A stretch of 61,179 nucleotides of DNA, counting the filler, from Hausera hauseri (lineage: Eukaryota): NCBI GenBank assembly GCA_046269625.1. It is 11 parts of 11 records of this genome, joined end to end, with 100 filler letters (N's around TTAATTAATTAA, not from the genome) between each part and the next. Parts side by side here need not be neighbours in the genome. Positions count along the whole stretch, not along the records: positions 1 to 6,757 come from JBJURY010068995.1; positions 6,858 to 14,774 come from JBJURY010876514.1; 9 more parts are not named here. One strand, written 5' to 3'. Below are positions 1 through 12,839 of this stretch, in pieces (positions within the stretch are counted from its first letter, which is position 1; each line of letters starts with the position of its first letter). Position numbers and translations under genes: made by a program. The notes below the pieces were generated by a model. The model searched no databases. It was not told the origin of the DNA and was given only the letters and a program-made list of their open reading frames with translations.

Positions 1-475
1 CACCCGTAATCTCCCCCTCCTCCGGTCGAGGAGCGTTGAAATAGGAGGAGTTTTGGCTGCAACTTCTGACAGCGAGAGGGTGCCACTTCAGTGCGTTCCA
101 GACGACGGCGAAGCAACTTCTTACCTCCATCTTATCTCCACTTCACCCCGAATCCATCACCCCACGCCGTTTTAGCTAAAGCGGCCGCAGCAGCGAGGTT
201 TCAATCTGCAAACTTTCTGGTCAGTAACTGTTTTATTAATATGTTTTTAATCATGTTACAATTCTTTACTAAATATCTGATTTTATAATTTGCTTCTATA
301 TTTTTACAATTTAATTTAAACTAGATTTTCCCCTCTTCTCTCTGTTTCTCTTTCAGAAAAAACTTTAATATGCCCAAGAGAATCAGACCTGCTTTTGCTC
401 CTCGAGATGATGCAGCTGGGACGTGCACAAGAGAGGCCTCCACTTCAACAGAGTTGGACAGGCAGAATGCCCCAT
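1..475 (+). repeat. Copy 1 of a long direct repeat (period ~6141 bp) containing an exon-intron-ATG structure
   Basis: cacccgtaatctccccctcc...gcggccgc...tttcag...atgcccaagagaatcagacc recurs at 6142-6757 with high identity. Confidence 0.92.
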
Positions 476-921
476 GTCCTCTTTTAAACACATAAAAAAT
501 GTGTTTGAGTGACTAAATCTGAAATAAATGTTAAAAAAATATAATATTAAAAGTAAAACTAGTATAATTTTACTCACTGAGTTTCTAGTTAGAAGCTGCC
601 ATCTTGAATTTTTAACTCTCCCATTTTCTGACAGGGAATTCCCATGGATGATCAACATGCATTATGGGAGATGTAGTTTATGGTTGATGCTGACTTTAAA
701 GCATCTTATTTTGAGACATTAATAATGTGCTTTCCAACTCAAGTGTTCAGTTACCTAAAACCAACAGCTCAGGGGCTTGAGAATTATTATTATATTTCAC
801 CTTTTAAATTAGTTTACTTTCTTGTATTTAGTCATCAATTTAAGTTTACATCAATATAAGAAACAATTTTCATATTTAGTGAAAAAATATATATCTTTTT
901 TGTGGGGGTGGAGGGGGTACC

Positions 922-968
922 CTCCTGCGGGCCAAATGTGGCCCACGGGCCTAAGGTTTGACACATGT
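922..968. mobile_element. hAT/Charlie-type DNA transposon terminal remnant (teleost-like)
   Basis: cctgcgggccaaatgtggccc...aggtttgacacatgtg resembles fish hAT termini. Confidence 0.5.
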
Positions 969-2119
969 GCCCCCCCCCCCCCCTTCCTGTCCACTGTTAG
1001 AGTCTGTGACAGCATAGAGGAGCAGAAACAGAAACCAAACAGGGCAGCGGCTCACTGTCACCATAAAAACTAATAGATAAACAGCAACTAAAGCGGTTTC
1101 ACAAATTATCTCTAATAATTTTACAATAAATTTATAACTGTTAATTTCATTCAATCATCATGTAAAATTGCAGCTATATACCAGAAAAACATGTATTTAT
1201 AGATAACAATATTCTAAAGGAGACCTGAAGTAACTGTAACATACATAGACTTTTTAGCTTTTTGAAAAATTTGGATTTCAGCTTGTAATAAAGTATATTT
1301 ATTATTTTTTACTACCATTAAAAAATAAATAATAATAAAGTCAAAAGTTATAAAATGTTCTCAGTATACCTATTATAGGATGAAACTTGTCTCTTTTAGC
1401 TAACCATCTTCTCAACAGGTCAGGTTACTCTAACAAACCTGAATATACTTACATTTATAATATTAGTTTAAACTCTTAGGTTTAAAGATTTATCAGAGGT
1501 CAAATCAGCTGTAATATTTAATAGTTTGTTTCAATTTCTAGCATGATTCAGCAGAGCTACACTGTATATATGCTCCACAAGCTAATATCTGCTAACAAGT
1601 TCAATAAATAGGTGATAACATCGATTTTAAAAGATTATTTTAATTTTAAACTGTTACATTATTAGCTTCAGTTCTGCTAAGATCACATTGAGGTAAATAA
1701 GATCAAATCTGCTTACTTGTCTTGTGAAAGGAGACGTTTTCCTGCTTCTCTTCTGTTAATAAATCCATAACACAAACAGCTTTTCTGACATTATTTAAAA
1801 CATTAGATTATATAAACTATAAAATATTAATAATTAATTAATAATTCATTTCTATGATTTTTACATCATCAGTCCTTTTTTCTGCCCTGTTACCACAGCA
1901 TTACTGTACAACATGTACAGTAATGGTAAATCCACTCTCTTGACCGTTTAGCGTTAGCCCTTAGCTTCTTCAGCTAATCACATGCTCACCTGGTTTCTGA
2001 GCACTCCAGCTGTTATATATACCTCCATGATCTGGCACTAAGTCTTGTCAGCAAACAAATACATGCCCCCCATAAACAGTGTGTTGAGAGTGGGTCGCAG
2101 TAACAGTTTCCTCAGCATT

Positions 2120-3700
2120 TCATCAATAATAACACTGAGAAACGTCACCACACTGCCTCTACAAATCTCATCAGTATTAAATCTAAACGGAACATCGACA
2201 GTTTTCTTTTTGTTACTGAATATCAATTATTTTGATCCATATTTAATAATAATGTATGAAGTTGAAACCAAGCTTTTTTTTATAAATTCTGTCTGCATCA
2301 TCTCAAACATCCGTTCTATATCTTTATCCAAACAAAAAGAAATGTAGTGTGTAGTATCATTTGTGAAACATATAAAAGTCCTTGGTCCAAATACAGAACC
2401 CTGAGAAACTTCACATGTGATGTTGCAGAGTTCAGATCTTACATTATTTATTTGTACAAACTGTTTCCTGTTTTTCAAATAACTAGATACAAACTGTAGA
2501 GCTGCTCCTCTAATACACTATTCATCTTTTCAAGAAGAAAAATGAGATCAATAGAGTTAGATGCTTTCTTAAATCATCATAAATACTAAGAATACTGTTT
2601 TTCAATTCCATAAGAGCCATTGACAGAATTATTTTCTCTAAACCCATACTGACTCCTACTTAAAATATTTTGATTATTGATAAATTGATCTAATCTGGTC
2701 ACAGAATTTCTTTAAATTTATTTTAAAACTGTGGTAACAAGGATATTGAATATCAATTATTGAACGCACATTTCTTACCATTCTTAAAAAGAAGAATTAT
2801 CATAGCAATTCTTAATTTTTCTGGAAATATACCTGTTCAAAATGAAATGTAAATGACTCAATAACAATTTATTATAACCTTTACAAACATCATGTCCACC
2901 CAATCTTTTGATATTCTTTTGAAATATTTTTTTTACAATACTAATTATTTTTTGTCAGTTTCTCAAGGAAAAATCTTGTTGGCAGGACCTTTAACTGTAG
3001 TACTCTTATTATCTACTTTTGGTATTTTAGCTGCAAGCTTGGGCCAACATCCACTTAGTATTGATTAAATTAATTTACTATCTCATTTTGATCGTCTTGA
3101 ATAAAATTCAGTGAATCAACTGATCATACTTTGACTTTTCAGAACACACTTCATTACACGCCATGTTGCTTTCTGCCCACAAAAAGTAAGGGTGTTGTTG
3201 TCACCCTTACATTTATTTAGTAAGTCACTCTAATATTCCTTCTTATGTTTTCTTAAAATCCACTTATGTTCATACTGTATACTACTTTTATACAACTTTG
3301 TTTATACTTTATACTACTTAAAATCTCTTCTACTCTATCTCTCTCCTACTTCTTTTGTTCTCAATTTCAAGAAGAATGAAAACAAGTAGTTTTTTAAAGC
3401 ATGTCTTGATAAAGCAGGGCTGACCAAAGCATTAAAATTTCTTTCACATTTTTCATACAGAGCTCCCAAAAACGTACAAAAACACATATGCCCTGTTCTT
3501 TTAAATTGTCCTTTAGTTTATCCAAAGCTTTTTTAATCATTTTCATTTCCTATCCACGGTAGCAGCTGCAACACTGCACAGACAATTTCTACAAATTACC
3601 CAAACTGGCAAATGATCACTTATATCAATCATGAAGATCCCACTTTGGTCAGTCACTGTTGTGCTTTAAACTGCGATTTTTGTTCAGGGGTTGACTTAAG
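2120..3700 (-). mobile_element. Decayed non-LTR retrotransposon (LINE, CR1/Daphne/Jockey-like) ORF2 reverse transcriptase fragment
   Basis: KNRKQFVQINNVRSELCNITCEVSQGSVFGP (GVPQGSVLGP motif) and FLSVIIDE fragments; many stops and frameshifts. Confidence 0.8.
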
Positions 3701-3929
3701 TGTTATTTAGGTGTCTGAGATGATCTATTTTTGTTTCAGATTAAACTCAGTTTTAGCAGAAAGAGGCTTTTGTTTAGTTTTGAGTGCACCTCCCTAAAAA
3801 TAACCCTCAGGTTTAAACAGTAATATTTAAATTATATTATTAAATAAAAAGATGCAGTAAGAGAAGTACAAACCCTCAATTTAACTACAGAAACAAAAAT
3901 GAAAATATTGAAATCATATTAGAGGTGAT

Positions 3930-4480
3930 ACTGACATAATTTAGGAAGATACCAACTTGTTTTTAACTTAATACATTAGCACTGAATTTGGATAAAACAA
4001 AGTAAATGACATTTAGTAACATAAAGAAAATGATAAAAGTTCCATTCTTTATTGATGATACTGAAATTTGTAGAGTCAGTGACCTAAAATTTTGGGGTGT
4101 CTTCATTGATGAAAAGTTGACATGGAAATCTGATATAAATTATTTAAAAATAAAAATAGCAAAATCAGTTGTTTTACTGTATTAAGAAAAAGAAATGATA
4201 AATAATAAAGCTCTGTACTGTATAATACAATTATGTTCCAAATATAATTTATAGTAATAAAGTTTGGGAGACAGCATGCAAGACATGTAGAAATCCTATT
4301 ATTGGACAAAAAAGACGCATAAGAATTATCAGTAGTAGAAAGTACTATTGTCACGTGACAAATTATTTCACGAGTTGAAATTCTCAAAACTTTATGATTT
4401 TGTCTGATTTATATTTTACAAATTATATTTAAAGCTCATAAACAAACATATTACCTTCTAATAATCAAAACTTGTTAAGA
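3930..4480 (+). mobile_element. Second LINE RT C-terminal fragment, opposite orientation
   Basis: Manual translation NLDKTK*MTFSN...ICRVSDLKFWGVFIDEKLTWKSDINYLKIKIAK, typical of a LINE RT thumb. Confidence 0.75.
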
Positions 4481-5345
4481 TATTTATAGCCTTGAAGGAA
4501 CAAGTTGGAAGGAGCACTGTTGTAATTCAGGAATACTTTTTATACAAAGATAAAAACGTCTACAACAAAGTATATCTTTAAAATATTACCAAGTTAAATT
4601 TATTGAGAAAATATGATGCTATGTAGTGTTTAGTCAATATATCATGCGATTCCTATTATTTTTGTTTTTTATTTTAATGTTATGGTTTTATTTTCTCAAA
4701 TGAGAATTCAAGTTTAAGTTGTTGTTTGAAGGCATTTTTTAATAAGAAGTGGAGATATAAGATTTTTTTCTTTTTTCTGGACTTTTTTTTTTTTGTCCAA
4801 AGCTTGATTCTGATTCATATTCTATGAGTTACTTTATTAGACAGGTAGAAGTTTGACCTGTCTGCTGAACAGGAACTCATTAAAGGACAAAACTCAGTTA
4901 AAACATGTAATAAGGAGAGAATATGATGTCTGAAAGTGTGTGTCTGGTAACATTTCCTTGTTTTATCAAAATCAATCCCCATGCCTGGCCAACAGACAGA
5001 TGATGAAACCGTAAGGGAAAGCTGCTGTGACAGGTAGGTTCAATTTAAATTTACAGTTTATTTGTATGGCTCTAAGTCACAAGTTATCTAGAATCAAAGT
5101 TACTTAAAGTAATTTCCACTTATGAAGGTAAAAGATTTTCTATATGATTTTACAAGACATGCACCTGAATATTTGTTTCCAGAACTGAAAGTGTTGAGCT
5201 TATTTATACTAAAAAAGTCACAGCACAGTTGCCTATGTGAACCATTGGGAAAAAAATCCTGTTAAGTTCTTGGGTCTTAGATATGTGTAGACAATTGTAA
5301 CACGTTGTTTTTTTTTGTTTTGTTTTCATTCTGTAAGTTTTAGAA

Positions 5346-5400
5346 CAGTGGTTCTCAATTCTGGTCCTCACGACCCACTATCCTGCATGTTTTAGTTGAT
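5346..5400. mobile_element. hAT-like MITE terminus (teleost-like)
   Basis: cagtggttctcaattctggtcctc...cctgcatgttttag, common in fish non-autonomous hAT elements. Confidence 0.5.
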
Positions 5401-6141
5401 AAATCCTGACTAAGTGCATTAAAATTGGCCTCTGTTTATTTAAGAACCTCTTACTAACCGACACACTCCTATTTTAGACAATGCCTTTAACCCACATAAC
5501 CCAGAGTTCTGCTGCAGACATAGTTCCAGGGAGGAGCTATGTACAAATTGGTGGCACTTTGTACCAGCAAGCGTTTAGGCAGCTCCACATGATTACCACA
5601 TGAAATTCAAAGATTTTTAAAACATGCATGAATAAGTCCAAGCAACATTTGGGATCAGTTTTTGATGAGAGGATAACATTATAACATGATGTAAAACTCA
5701 AAAAAGTTGATTCTACATGATATTGCCCCCTTTTTTTGCCCCAAATTTTAAATGTGTCAAACTACAACTACACATAGCAAAATGTAAATATAAAAAATAT
5801 CCAAAATTATCAACTAATTTCAGAGTACATAGATTCATGGATGTCAATAAAAATTATTAATGAAAAGCCAATCCACTATTATAACTGTGTTATTACAAAC
5901 TACAATCCAATGAGCTTCATCAGCATTTTAGTTTTCTTAAACCATTTAATACATGCATTTGTCCTATAGTACCTGAAACCTAACATACACCCATACACAG
6001 CATCAGAATCATCATAAATCATGACTATAAAATAACATTTTGAAAGACGACCTTTGGACAGACAGCCTTCCCTGTTAAGAGATGAAAGCACACACCCGCA
6101 ACAAAGGCACATCCTTTCACACCTCCACTTCCTTCCACTTC

Positions 6142-6573
6142 CACCCGTAATCTCCCCCTCCTCCGGCCGAGGAACGTTGAAATAGGAGGAGTTCAGACAG
6201 CAACTTCTGACAGCGAGAGGGTGTCACTTCAGTGCATTCCTAACGACGGCGAAGCAGCTTCTTACCTCCATCTTATCTCCACTTCACCCGAATCCATCAC
6301 CCCACGACGTTTCAGCTACAGCGGCCGCAGCAGCGAGGCTTCAACCGTCAATCTATCTGGTCAGTAACTGTTTTATTAATATGTATTTAATCGTGTTACG
6401 ATTCTTTACTAAATATTTCTGGTTAGTAACTGATTTAATAATATGTTTTTAATCATGTTACAAATCTTTACTAAATATCTCGTTTTATCATTTTTTTTCT
6501 ATATTTATACAATTTAATTTAACTAGATTTTCCCCCTCTTCTTTCTCTTAATTTAACTAGATTTTCCCTCTCT

Positions 6574-6631
<58 letters not shown>

Positions 6632-6757
6632 AGAAAAAAAAAATCCTCTAAAATGCCCAAGAGAATCAGACCCGCACTGGCACCAAGACGTCCACGAAAG
6701 AGGCCTCCACATCAACAGAGCTGGACAGAAAGAATGCCCGCTTCGAAACTGACGCCT
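6142..6757 (+). repeat. Copy 2 of the long direct repeat, with an internal ~60-bp tandem duplication and an expanded (CT)n tract
   Basis: Aligns to 1-475; (CT)n at ~6575-6628. Confidence 0.92.
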
Positions 6758-6857
6758 NNNNNNNNNNNNNNNNNNNNNNNNNNNNNNNNNNNNNNNNNNN
6801 NTTAATTAATTAANNNNNNNNNNNNNNNNNNNNNNNNNNNNNNNNNNNNNNNNNNNN
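6758..6857. other. Artificial contig-joining spacer (44N-TTAATTAATTAA-44N); identical spacers at 14775-14874, 18844-18943, 24957-25056, 31919-32018, 35991-36090, 40201-40300, 44508-44607, 51044-51143, 55128-55227
   Basis: Ten identical 100-bp blocks with a core that has stops in all six frames; sequence content changes abruptly at each. Confidence 0.98.
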
Positions 6858-7013
6858 TTTTACTGCTTCTGAAAGGTCAGACGAATAAAGAATGCAAAAG
6901 TTGTAAAACATCAAAAAATATATAATATAAATATCACGAACACAATAAAGTTAAATGTGTGACGAACCGTCATAGAGATACATTTGCAACCCGTAAAGGT
7001 GGCAGGCACTACA
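6858..7013 (-). repeat. 3' LTR (truncated by contig end) of the Gypsy element
   Basis: Minus strand: purine run GGGGGTA then TGTAGTGCC, downstream of integrase. Confidence 0.65.
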
Positions 7014-7605
7014 ATACCCCCGGTGGCGAAATGTGACTATAAAGAAGAAAAAAAGTAAATGAACGTTGAACGAAAAGCTGTGGGCTAACTATGTCCGTCT
7101 TAACTATCAGATAAGAGGGAATACCTAACGAACACAGAAACAGAAGGATCTGGGACGACTATATGGTCTTGGTACGTACAAGGCGTTGTATACCTTCAGT
7201 ATCTTTCTCCTTACTGTACTTGCTGAAAGTGACAGTTTTGTGATATGTGTTTGTTTTTATCTCTGTTTGTTGAGATGCTTTGAGAGGAAAGGTGTTACAT
7301 TCTGTCGCGTTAAGTGTAGTGTCTTTCTGAGGTAAAATAGCAGAAAAAAGGCGTGACTGAATGTGGATGTTTGGGATTGTCGAAGGAAGTTTCCAACGAT
7401 GAGTAGTTGGAGGGAAGAGTAGTAACTGGTGAAAGAGCGGGGGGAGAAAGTGGAGTAGGGATAGGTATAGGAATAGGAGGTGAAATGAATGTGTGAACAG
7501 AAACAGGAACAGGACACAATGGAGTAGGAGTAGAGACGGGAGCAGAAACAGAGGGAAATACAGGGGTGCGAAAAGTTGCCGAAGTTTCGGTTGGAGACGT
7601 GACGT

Positions 7606-10400
7606 CTACAAAAAAGCTGGTTTCACGTTATTTATATGAACTGTTAATTCTTTTCCATCTTTAAGAATTACAGCGTTGTGGGAATGTAGTTGAATTAGCT
7701 TATAGGGCACTAGATACTGCGGTTGAAAACCAAACGGCGCTTGATTCCGTAGCCAAACGAACTTTGCAGAATACAAATCGTCGGGTAAATACGTTTTATT
7801 GTTGTGTAGTATTCTACAGAACAAGTCTTTACTGACATCGACAAAGTGGTCCTGTGCTGCTCTGATCTTTTCGCCTGTAGGCGTATTATCTAGGGCGGTT
7901 AATTCGAATAAGGAACGAAGCGTGATATGCATGGAAAATGGTATAATAAAGGTTTTAGGTGTTTTATTGTTTTATGTTTCTGACAAGGCACGCACTCTTT
8001 AACACATGCTTACACATCTGAACTTATGGTTGGCCACACTAATTGTCGTTAAAGTAAGCGGAAAGTAGCTTTGGCACCAGGATGATATAACGAATGTACA
8101 TTATGAAATGCCTGTTTGTGTAAAGATGGAGCAAGAATTATCTTGGACTGTCCTGGTTTGGTGGTATCTAAGGCCACGCCGTCGACTATCTGATTAGATT
8201 TGAACGATTTGAGAATATCTTGCGATGGATGATTTTCCTGGAGCTTTGTCTGAGTGAAGATTGGCGAAAAGTTGGTCGAACCGACTGATCTGGATAAGAA
8301 ATCGACAACTAGGTTGTCAACACCCTCGATATGTTTAATATAAAAGTTGAATGTGGACAAATATGAAATTTGCCGTTCTTGTCGAGTGGAAGGGTGTTTC
8401 ATTGCCATTATATTAATCAACGGCTTATGATCAGTCTGTATAAAAAATGGCGTGCTGTAAGTAAATGCGAAAAATGCCTTAAAGCAAGGCCTATTGCTAA
8501 CAGTTCCCGATCGAAAGTTGAATATCTGGTTTCTGATGGCGTTAACTTTCGGGAAAATAATTCTAGAGGTTGATTGTCTCCTTTGTATAGGTGGTGTAAT
8601 ACAGCTTCTACTGCGATGTTTGATGCATCTGTAGTTAAAATTAACTCAGCGTCAGGTTTAGGAAATGCAAGTATTTCCACAGTCTTTAGTCCTTCACGTA
8701 ACTTGTCAAAATCATTAACCAGTTGTAATGTCCACATGATTTTCTGATGTTCCTTTCCTCCGCTTAAGTGTGCAAAAGGTGCCGTGAGTTCTGAACAATA
8801 CGGAATATATTTGTGGGCAAAATGCAAGGTACCAAGAAAACTGCTCATTTCTGTGATTGTCTTGGGTAGTTGAACATTTTTAAGAATCTCAACTCGATCA
8901 GGCTGAGGTGAATGGCCGTCTGATGAGATCATATGTCCAAGGAAATTAACGCGTTTTTGAAAGAAGTTGCATTTCGCAAAATTGATCTGTAGATTGAACT
9001 GGTTAAGGCGTTTGAAGATGGATCGTAGATGTTCGTCGTGTTATTTAACCGATGGAGAGGCAACCAAGATATCGTCGATATATGGATGCGCGAAGGTGAA
9101 ATCTAAAAGTATTGAATCGATGTGTCGTTGAAAAGTCTGCGCGTCATTCCGGAGACCGAAAGGCATATAGAAATACTTATAAATACCGAAAGATGTGGTA
9201 ACTGCAGTTTTCTCGATGTCTTCCAGTGCGGCAGGGATTTGGTGGTAAGCTTTGGCTAAATCGATTGTCGAATAAATTGAAGTAGTATTAAGCCGATGTA
9301 ATATATCTTTGATTAATGGTAGTGGATATGCGTCTATTGTGGTTAAAGTGTTAAGTTGGCGGTAATCGCCGCATGGTCGGAAGGATTTATCTTTTTTTGA
9401 AGAACGTGGAGGGGCGAAGACCATAGTGATTTAGATCTGCGGACGATACCTGATTGATCGAGTTCCATAAATTCAGCTTCTAGTGCCTGTCTGCGTCGCG
9501 GTGATAATGGACGGACCTTTTGTCTAATTGGCTTCTGATGTTTTGTGATTATATGGTGGTAAATGCTGTTTGCTGGGGTGAAATTCCTATTTTTCTGAAG
9601 TATACAAGGGCAAGAAGTATGGACGAATTGTTGTAAACTTGCCGGTAGTTGTTGGAAAGTTGTAGCTGACGATGAACCGAGGTTGGTAGCAGTACTTGGT
9701 ATATGATGATTGGTTGTTGATGAGGAATCAAGTGGAGTTTGGAGTAGGATGGGTAAGTCCGGAAACGTGTATAAGTAAGTGTTATTGTTCAATAATTTTA
9801 CGGAAAATACCAGATTGTTGTTGTAAACATTGAGCTGTGATTGGCTGTCGACATTAGCCTTTGGAAGCTTACTATATAAAACGTGATAGTTATTGGGATT
9901 AGAACGAGGTACTGACTGTTTTAAAATAGATTGCTTACTTACTGTTTCCTGTGGTGTCGTTGAATATTGTTTATACCTGTGCTATGATCTACAAGTGTAT
10001 TTGTTTTCAGGCAGCGTCGGTTACAGTCGATTAGCAAATTATAGTGCGAAAGGAAATCTGAACCAAGTATTGCCTTCTGGACGTTAGCGACTGTAAACGT
10101 CCAATGAAATAATGAGGAAAAGTTTGGTAAAGTAAAAGATAATTTGCAAGTTTCGGCATTACGGATGGATTGACCAGATGCAGTGTATAAAGGTTGTATC
10201 TTAGATGAAGAATGTTGAACCGGAAAAGAGTGTGGAAGTAGTAATATCGCTGCACCAGTATCGATGAAAAAATCTATGGATTGAATGTTAGGATTAGAGA
10301 TAGCAGCTTTTAGTGTGAAGACTGCATATGAAGTGTGTCGGCAAAAGGAATTAAATAAATTGCCTTTGCCAGGATCTGCCGAAAATGCTGGCGGCGAAAT
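7606..10400 (-). pseudogene. pol: Ty3/Gypsy pol (protease, RT, RNase H, partial integrase), frameshifted
   Basis: FFIDTGA, RPCGDYRQLN, MPFGLRN, HPYIDDILVAS, LTTDASNIA, YSTFDRELLAI; integrase core largely deleted. Confidence 0.95.
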
Positions 10401-11704
10401 CAGTTTTTTGAAAACGGGGAATCTGAGCGACTGTTAGAAACGAAAGTTGTGCGTTCGTCACTTGCATGGTGGGTTTGTTTTTAAACCTGCAACCTAGGAT
10501 GCATTTGCATGCATTATGTCTGAATTTTATGCAAATGATGTTGTCCGTATGGTATCCTTGATCATAAAATTTGCACCTAGGTGGCATTTTTGTGCGTTAT
10601 TGTGAAATCTACTGTGGTAATAGAAAATCAGTGATCGTCCAGGTGAAGGTGAATGACCAGGAGATACTAAACGTTTACGGTCACGTATTAAACCCTCACG
10701 TCGAGTCAATGAAATCTCGTTAAGTTTATTTTTCATGGTGTTGATTGTGTGTTGTAGTGACGCATTTTCGGCACGGAAGTGGTTCAACTGGTGCTAAATA
10801 GAAGTGTGTTGTTGAATGTTATCGGTTTTAATGGCGGCTGATATGATGGATTATGCTTAGATTTATAAGACTTCGTTTGCTTTATCTGCGAATTCAGCCA
10901 GTTTATCTAAAGCTGTAGGATCTTCAACAACGGTAAGTAAAGCCCTAATTTGAATGGGTAAGGCATTAAGGAAATATCGTCGAAGTAGATCTGGACTGTG
11001 TTCCTTGGTGACATCTACAGTACGTAAATGAGCCAACGAGGTGCGTAGGAAATCGCTAGGTTTTTGTGTTTTCATTGCGTTTTCATTAAAGAAACGTTGC
11101 ATTATTGAATCAGTTGATGGTTCTGTCTGTTTTAACACAGCATTGAACAATTGCGTATAAGGGTCGGTGTGTTGAAAGATATCGAGTAAGTTATGGATTG
11201 AGGTCTTTATAGAGTTTGGCAGAAGATACAGTAGATTATGGGCTTTGGATAACGAGTCTGTAATACGGTTGGATTGTAGCCATAGTTGATGGAAGTGGAG
11301 CCCAGTTTTGCTAGAATTTTCGTTGTCTATAAATTATTCGGTGCACTGTGGGGAAGTACTGATAGGATTTTTGTGGGAAGAATTTGTATCGTTGAAGTAG
11401 GTGGATGGCTTGATTTGCGGTAGTAAAGAATGGACTTCGGTTTTGTGATCACCTTATCGGTGCTGTCACTAGTTGATGGAGAAGTTATACCGCCGCGGAT
11501 TTTAGAATTGATATGTATACATAGATAGTTATTTGATGCCATGATTTGTGGGAGGTCGGTTAAAATGCACCCGTTGTGGGTCAAGTAGAAATCATTGTAG
11601 GCGGTAGCTTTACGAATGAGGTCATATAATTGTAATGTATCGGTACGGTGTGTGATATTTGTGGCATGTATCAATTTGTTATTAGCAAAAAGGTAGATGG
11701 GAAA
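10400..11704 (-). pseudogene. gag: Ty3/Gypsy (CsRn1-type) gag with N-terminal ubiquitin-like domain (11489-11704)
   Basis: FPIYLFANNKLIHATNIT...DFYLTHNG...CIHINSKIRGG; QKPSDFL..LP.QIRALL..LAEFADK; C-terminal Cys/His boxes; AAAAAAC-TGA slippery site at 10400-10409. Confidence 0.85.
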
Positions 11705-11734
11705 TGACGTTGATAAACAACAAGCTGGATCATG

Positions 11735-12409
11735 TCATATCTCCTCATAGTTTATCTCGTGTTTTGTCAAGACAAGTTTAATTCCATCAGTGTGTACAGT
11801 TGCAGGTGTGGTAAGACCCACAGAATTCCTTTTTACGATCTGTCCGATCACTTGTGCTTCAGGGAACCTTTTGTAAGCGTCTGTACCTGCCTGGGTGATT
11901 CGTGTGTCGTATGAGGAATCAGTATTATGCGTGTAGAGTAGAAATTTATGAAAACTCAATCTTACAGACCAATCAGTTAGATAATGTTTATGAACGAAAG
12001 ACTCACGAAAGGGCATCGAGATGCCCCTCGGACAGGTCGGAGACGTATTAAACAGATGAACACCAGGAATTAGTTGAATAGTCGTGCCGACAAGGCATTC
12101 CATTCTTTTGTCTCTGAACCTACTCGATCGTGTTTCATGTCGGTAAGATATGTGCGACGGTACAAATGTACAGTTGCTTATCTGGTCGTCACTCATTTGA
12201 CGTAATGTAGTAAATGTATTGTGGTAAATGTGGACTTGTTCAGTAATCGAACTGACGTATATAACGAGAAATTCGCTGTACATTTCCACGTGGAATAGTA
12301 TTACCGCATTGTAAGATTGGTGTTTCATTATAATGTCTTTAAACGATTGTTTCTGTTTCAAAGATGTTGATGTGCGCAGGGATGTGGTGAGGACACTGAT
12401 ATTATTCAC
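11735..12409 (-). CDS. Unassigned 224-aa ORF directly upstream of Ubl-gag (possible cargo fragment)
   Basis: Open frame only; no motif recognised. Confidence 0.3.
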   Translation of the reverse strand: MNNISVLTTSLRTSTSLKQKQSFKDIIMKHQSYNAVILFHVEMYSEFLVIYVSSITEQVHIYHNTFTTLRQMSDDQISNCTFVPSHISYRHETRSSRFRDKRMECLVGTTIQLIPGVHLFNTSPTCPRGISMPFRESFVHKHYLTDWSVRLSFHKFLLYTHNTDSSYDTRITQAGTDAYKRFPEAQVIGQIVKRNSVGLTTPATVHTDGIKLVLTKHEINYEEI

Positions 12410-12800
12410 TGATTTATTCGAAAAGTACGAAAATTCAGGTAAAAGCTACTATTGTGAATATACGACAAAATGAGGCCTTGAATTCGAGGAATATGGGGAC
12501 AAAGTGAAATTCCTATTAGTTTATATTGAACTTTTGGCATGCTACCTGTGTAGGAGTATTTTGATTCAGATGCATTTTTTGCAATTGCGCTGTTTTCAGT
12601 TTTCAGATCAGATTCTGACACAACCACTTTAACACCATACAGCATATTCAGTCCATTTGTGTTATAGGTCAGAATAATGTTATAGAAATCTGGACGTCCA
12701 TGTTATTCTGATTCTATAGGTGCATCCCATTGGAAAGTTAAATGATGTACACCTCTACTAGACAAGTTCGCATATGAAGGAACATTAGGTACAATTAATT
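12410..12800 (-). pseudogene. Fibronectin type III domain fragment
   Basis: VPNVPSYANLSSRGVHHLTFQWDAPIESE*HGRPDFYNIIL and SKYSYTGSMPKVQYKL fit the FN3 W-x-x-P, G-x3-Y and P-x3-Y pattern. Confidence 0.6.
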
Positions 12801-12839
12801 TGGTCTTTATCAGCAGTCGTTTTATGTTAACATACATTT

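Noticed and set aside
12613-12623. TTGTGTCAGAA on the minus strand as a further Leu PBS
   Set aside because: It lacks the TGG start and a preceding CA, and lies inside the FN3-like region; likely chance
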